Below, one piece after another: positions 63,395 through 64,000 of a stretch of DNA of 64,000 nucleotides. This stretch comes from Squalus acanthias (taxonomy: Eukaryota), in contig JASTWF010000329.1 of assembly GCA_030390025.1 (NCBI GenBank), forward strand, positions 1 through 64,000, given 5' to 3'. The first letter of the stretch is position 1; each line of letters starts with the position of its first letter. The position numbers and the translations under genes are program-made. The notes beneath the pieces were generated by a model. It ran no database searches. It was given only the letters and a program-made list of their open reading frames with translations, and was not told where the DNA came from.

Positions 63395-63918
63395 AGTGAG
63401 TGAACTGAACCCAGCCAGAGTCAGCACCTTCAGGGGAGGGGAACCAGTGAGTGTAGAACTGAACCCAGCCAGAGTCAGCACCTTCAGGGGAGGAGAACCA
63501 GTGAGTGTAGAACTGAACCCAGCCAGAGTCAGCACCTTCAGGGGAGGAGAGGGAGGGGAACCAGTGAGTGTAGAACTGAACCCAGCCAGAGTCAGCACCT
63601 TCAGGGGAGGAGAGGGAGGGGAACCAGTGAGTGTAGAACTGAACCCAGCCAGAGTCAGCACCTTCAGGGGAGGAGAGGGAGGGGAACCAGTGAGTGTGGA
63701 ACTGAACCCAGCCAGACTCAGCACCTTCAGGGGAGGAGAGGGAGGGGAACCAGTGATTGTAGAACTGAACCCAGCCAGAGTCAGCACCTTCAGGGGAGGA
63801 GAGGGAGGGGAACCAGTGAGTGAAGAACTGAACCCAGCCAGAGTCAGCACCTTCAGGGGAGGAAAGGGAGGGGAACCAGTGAGTGTAGAACTGAACCCAG
63901 CCAGAGTCAGCACCTTCA
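63395..63918 (+). repeat. 63-bp G-rich minisatellite, about 8-9 units
   Basis: Same unit as 10268-12142. Confidence 0.95.
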
Positions 63919-64000
63919 GTGTGTTGGAGATGGTGCGATGGGTTTGGATTTTAGCACAGGGAGGAGGGAGAGTGTGTTGGATGGAGATTTACAGCTTTGG

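Overview
Eukaryotic, repeat-dense window. The CR1, Penelope and zinc-finger sequence types point to a cartilaginous fish, which is an inference. It is part of a cluster of KRAB-less C2H2 zinc-finger genes: four readable coding exons, one decayed copy and the lead-in to a sixth at the right edge. The cluster is built from a duplicated module of CpG promoter cassette, minisatellite intron and zinc-finger exon. It is interleaved with many CR1 LINE fragments, two Penelope-like fragments with hammerhead-ribozyme motifs, several minisatellites, a 1.9-kb CpG-rich macrosatellite and a PHF23/PHF13-like PHD-finger pseudogene fragment. The most striking structure is two full-length, young Tx1-clade LINEs (about 7.15 kb each, 38719-45868 and 45885-53038). 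They lie head-to-tail, bounded and separated by three identical 16-bp copies of CTATAACCTGGTGTTG, inside the terminal repeat of a Penelope-like element about 30 bp downstream of its hammerhead motif. This suggests a sequence-specific retrotransposon that targets another retroelement. All calls come from reading the sequence. No database searches were run, and element boundaries are approximate unless a TSD is quoted.
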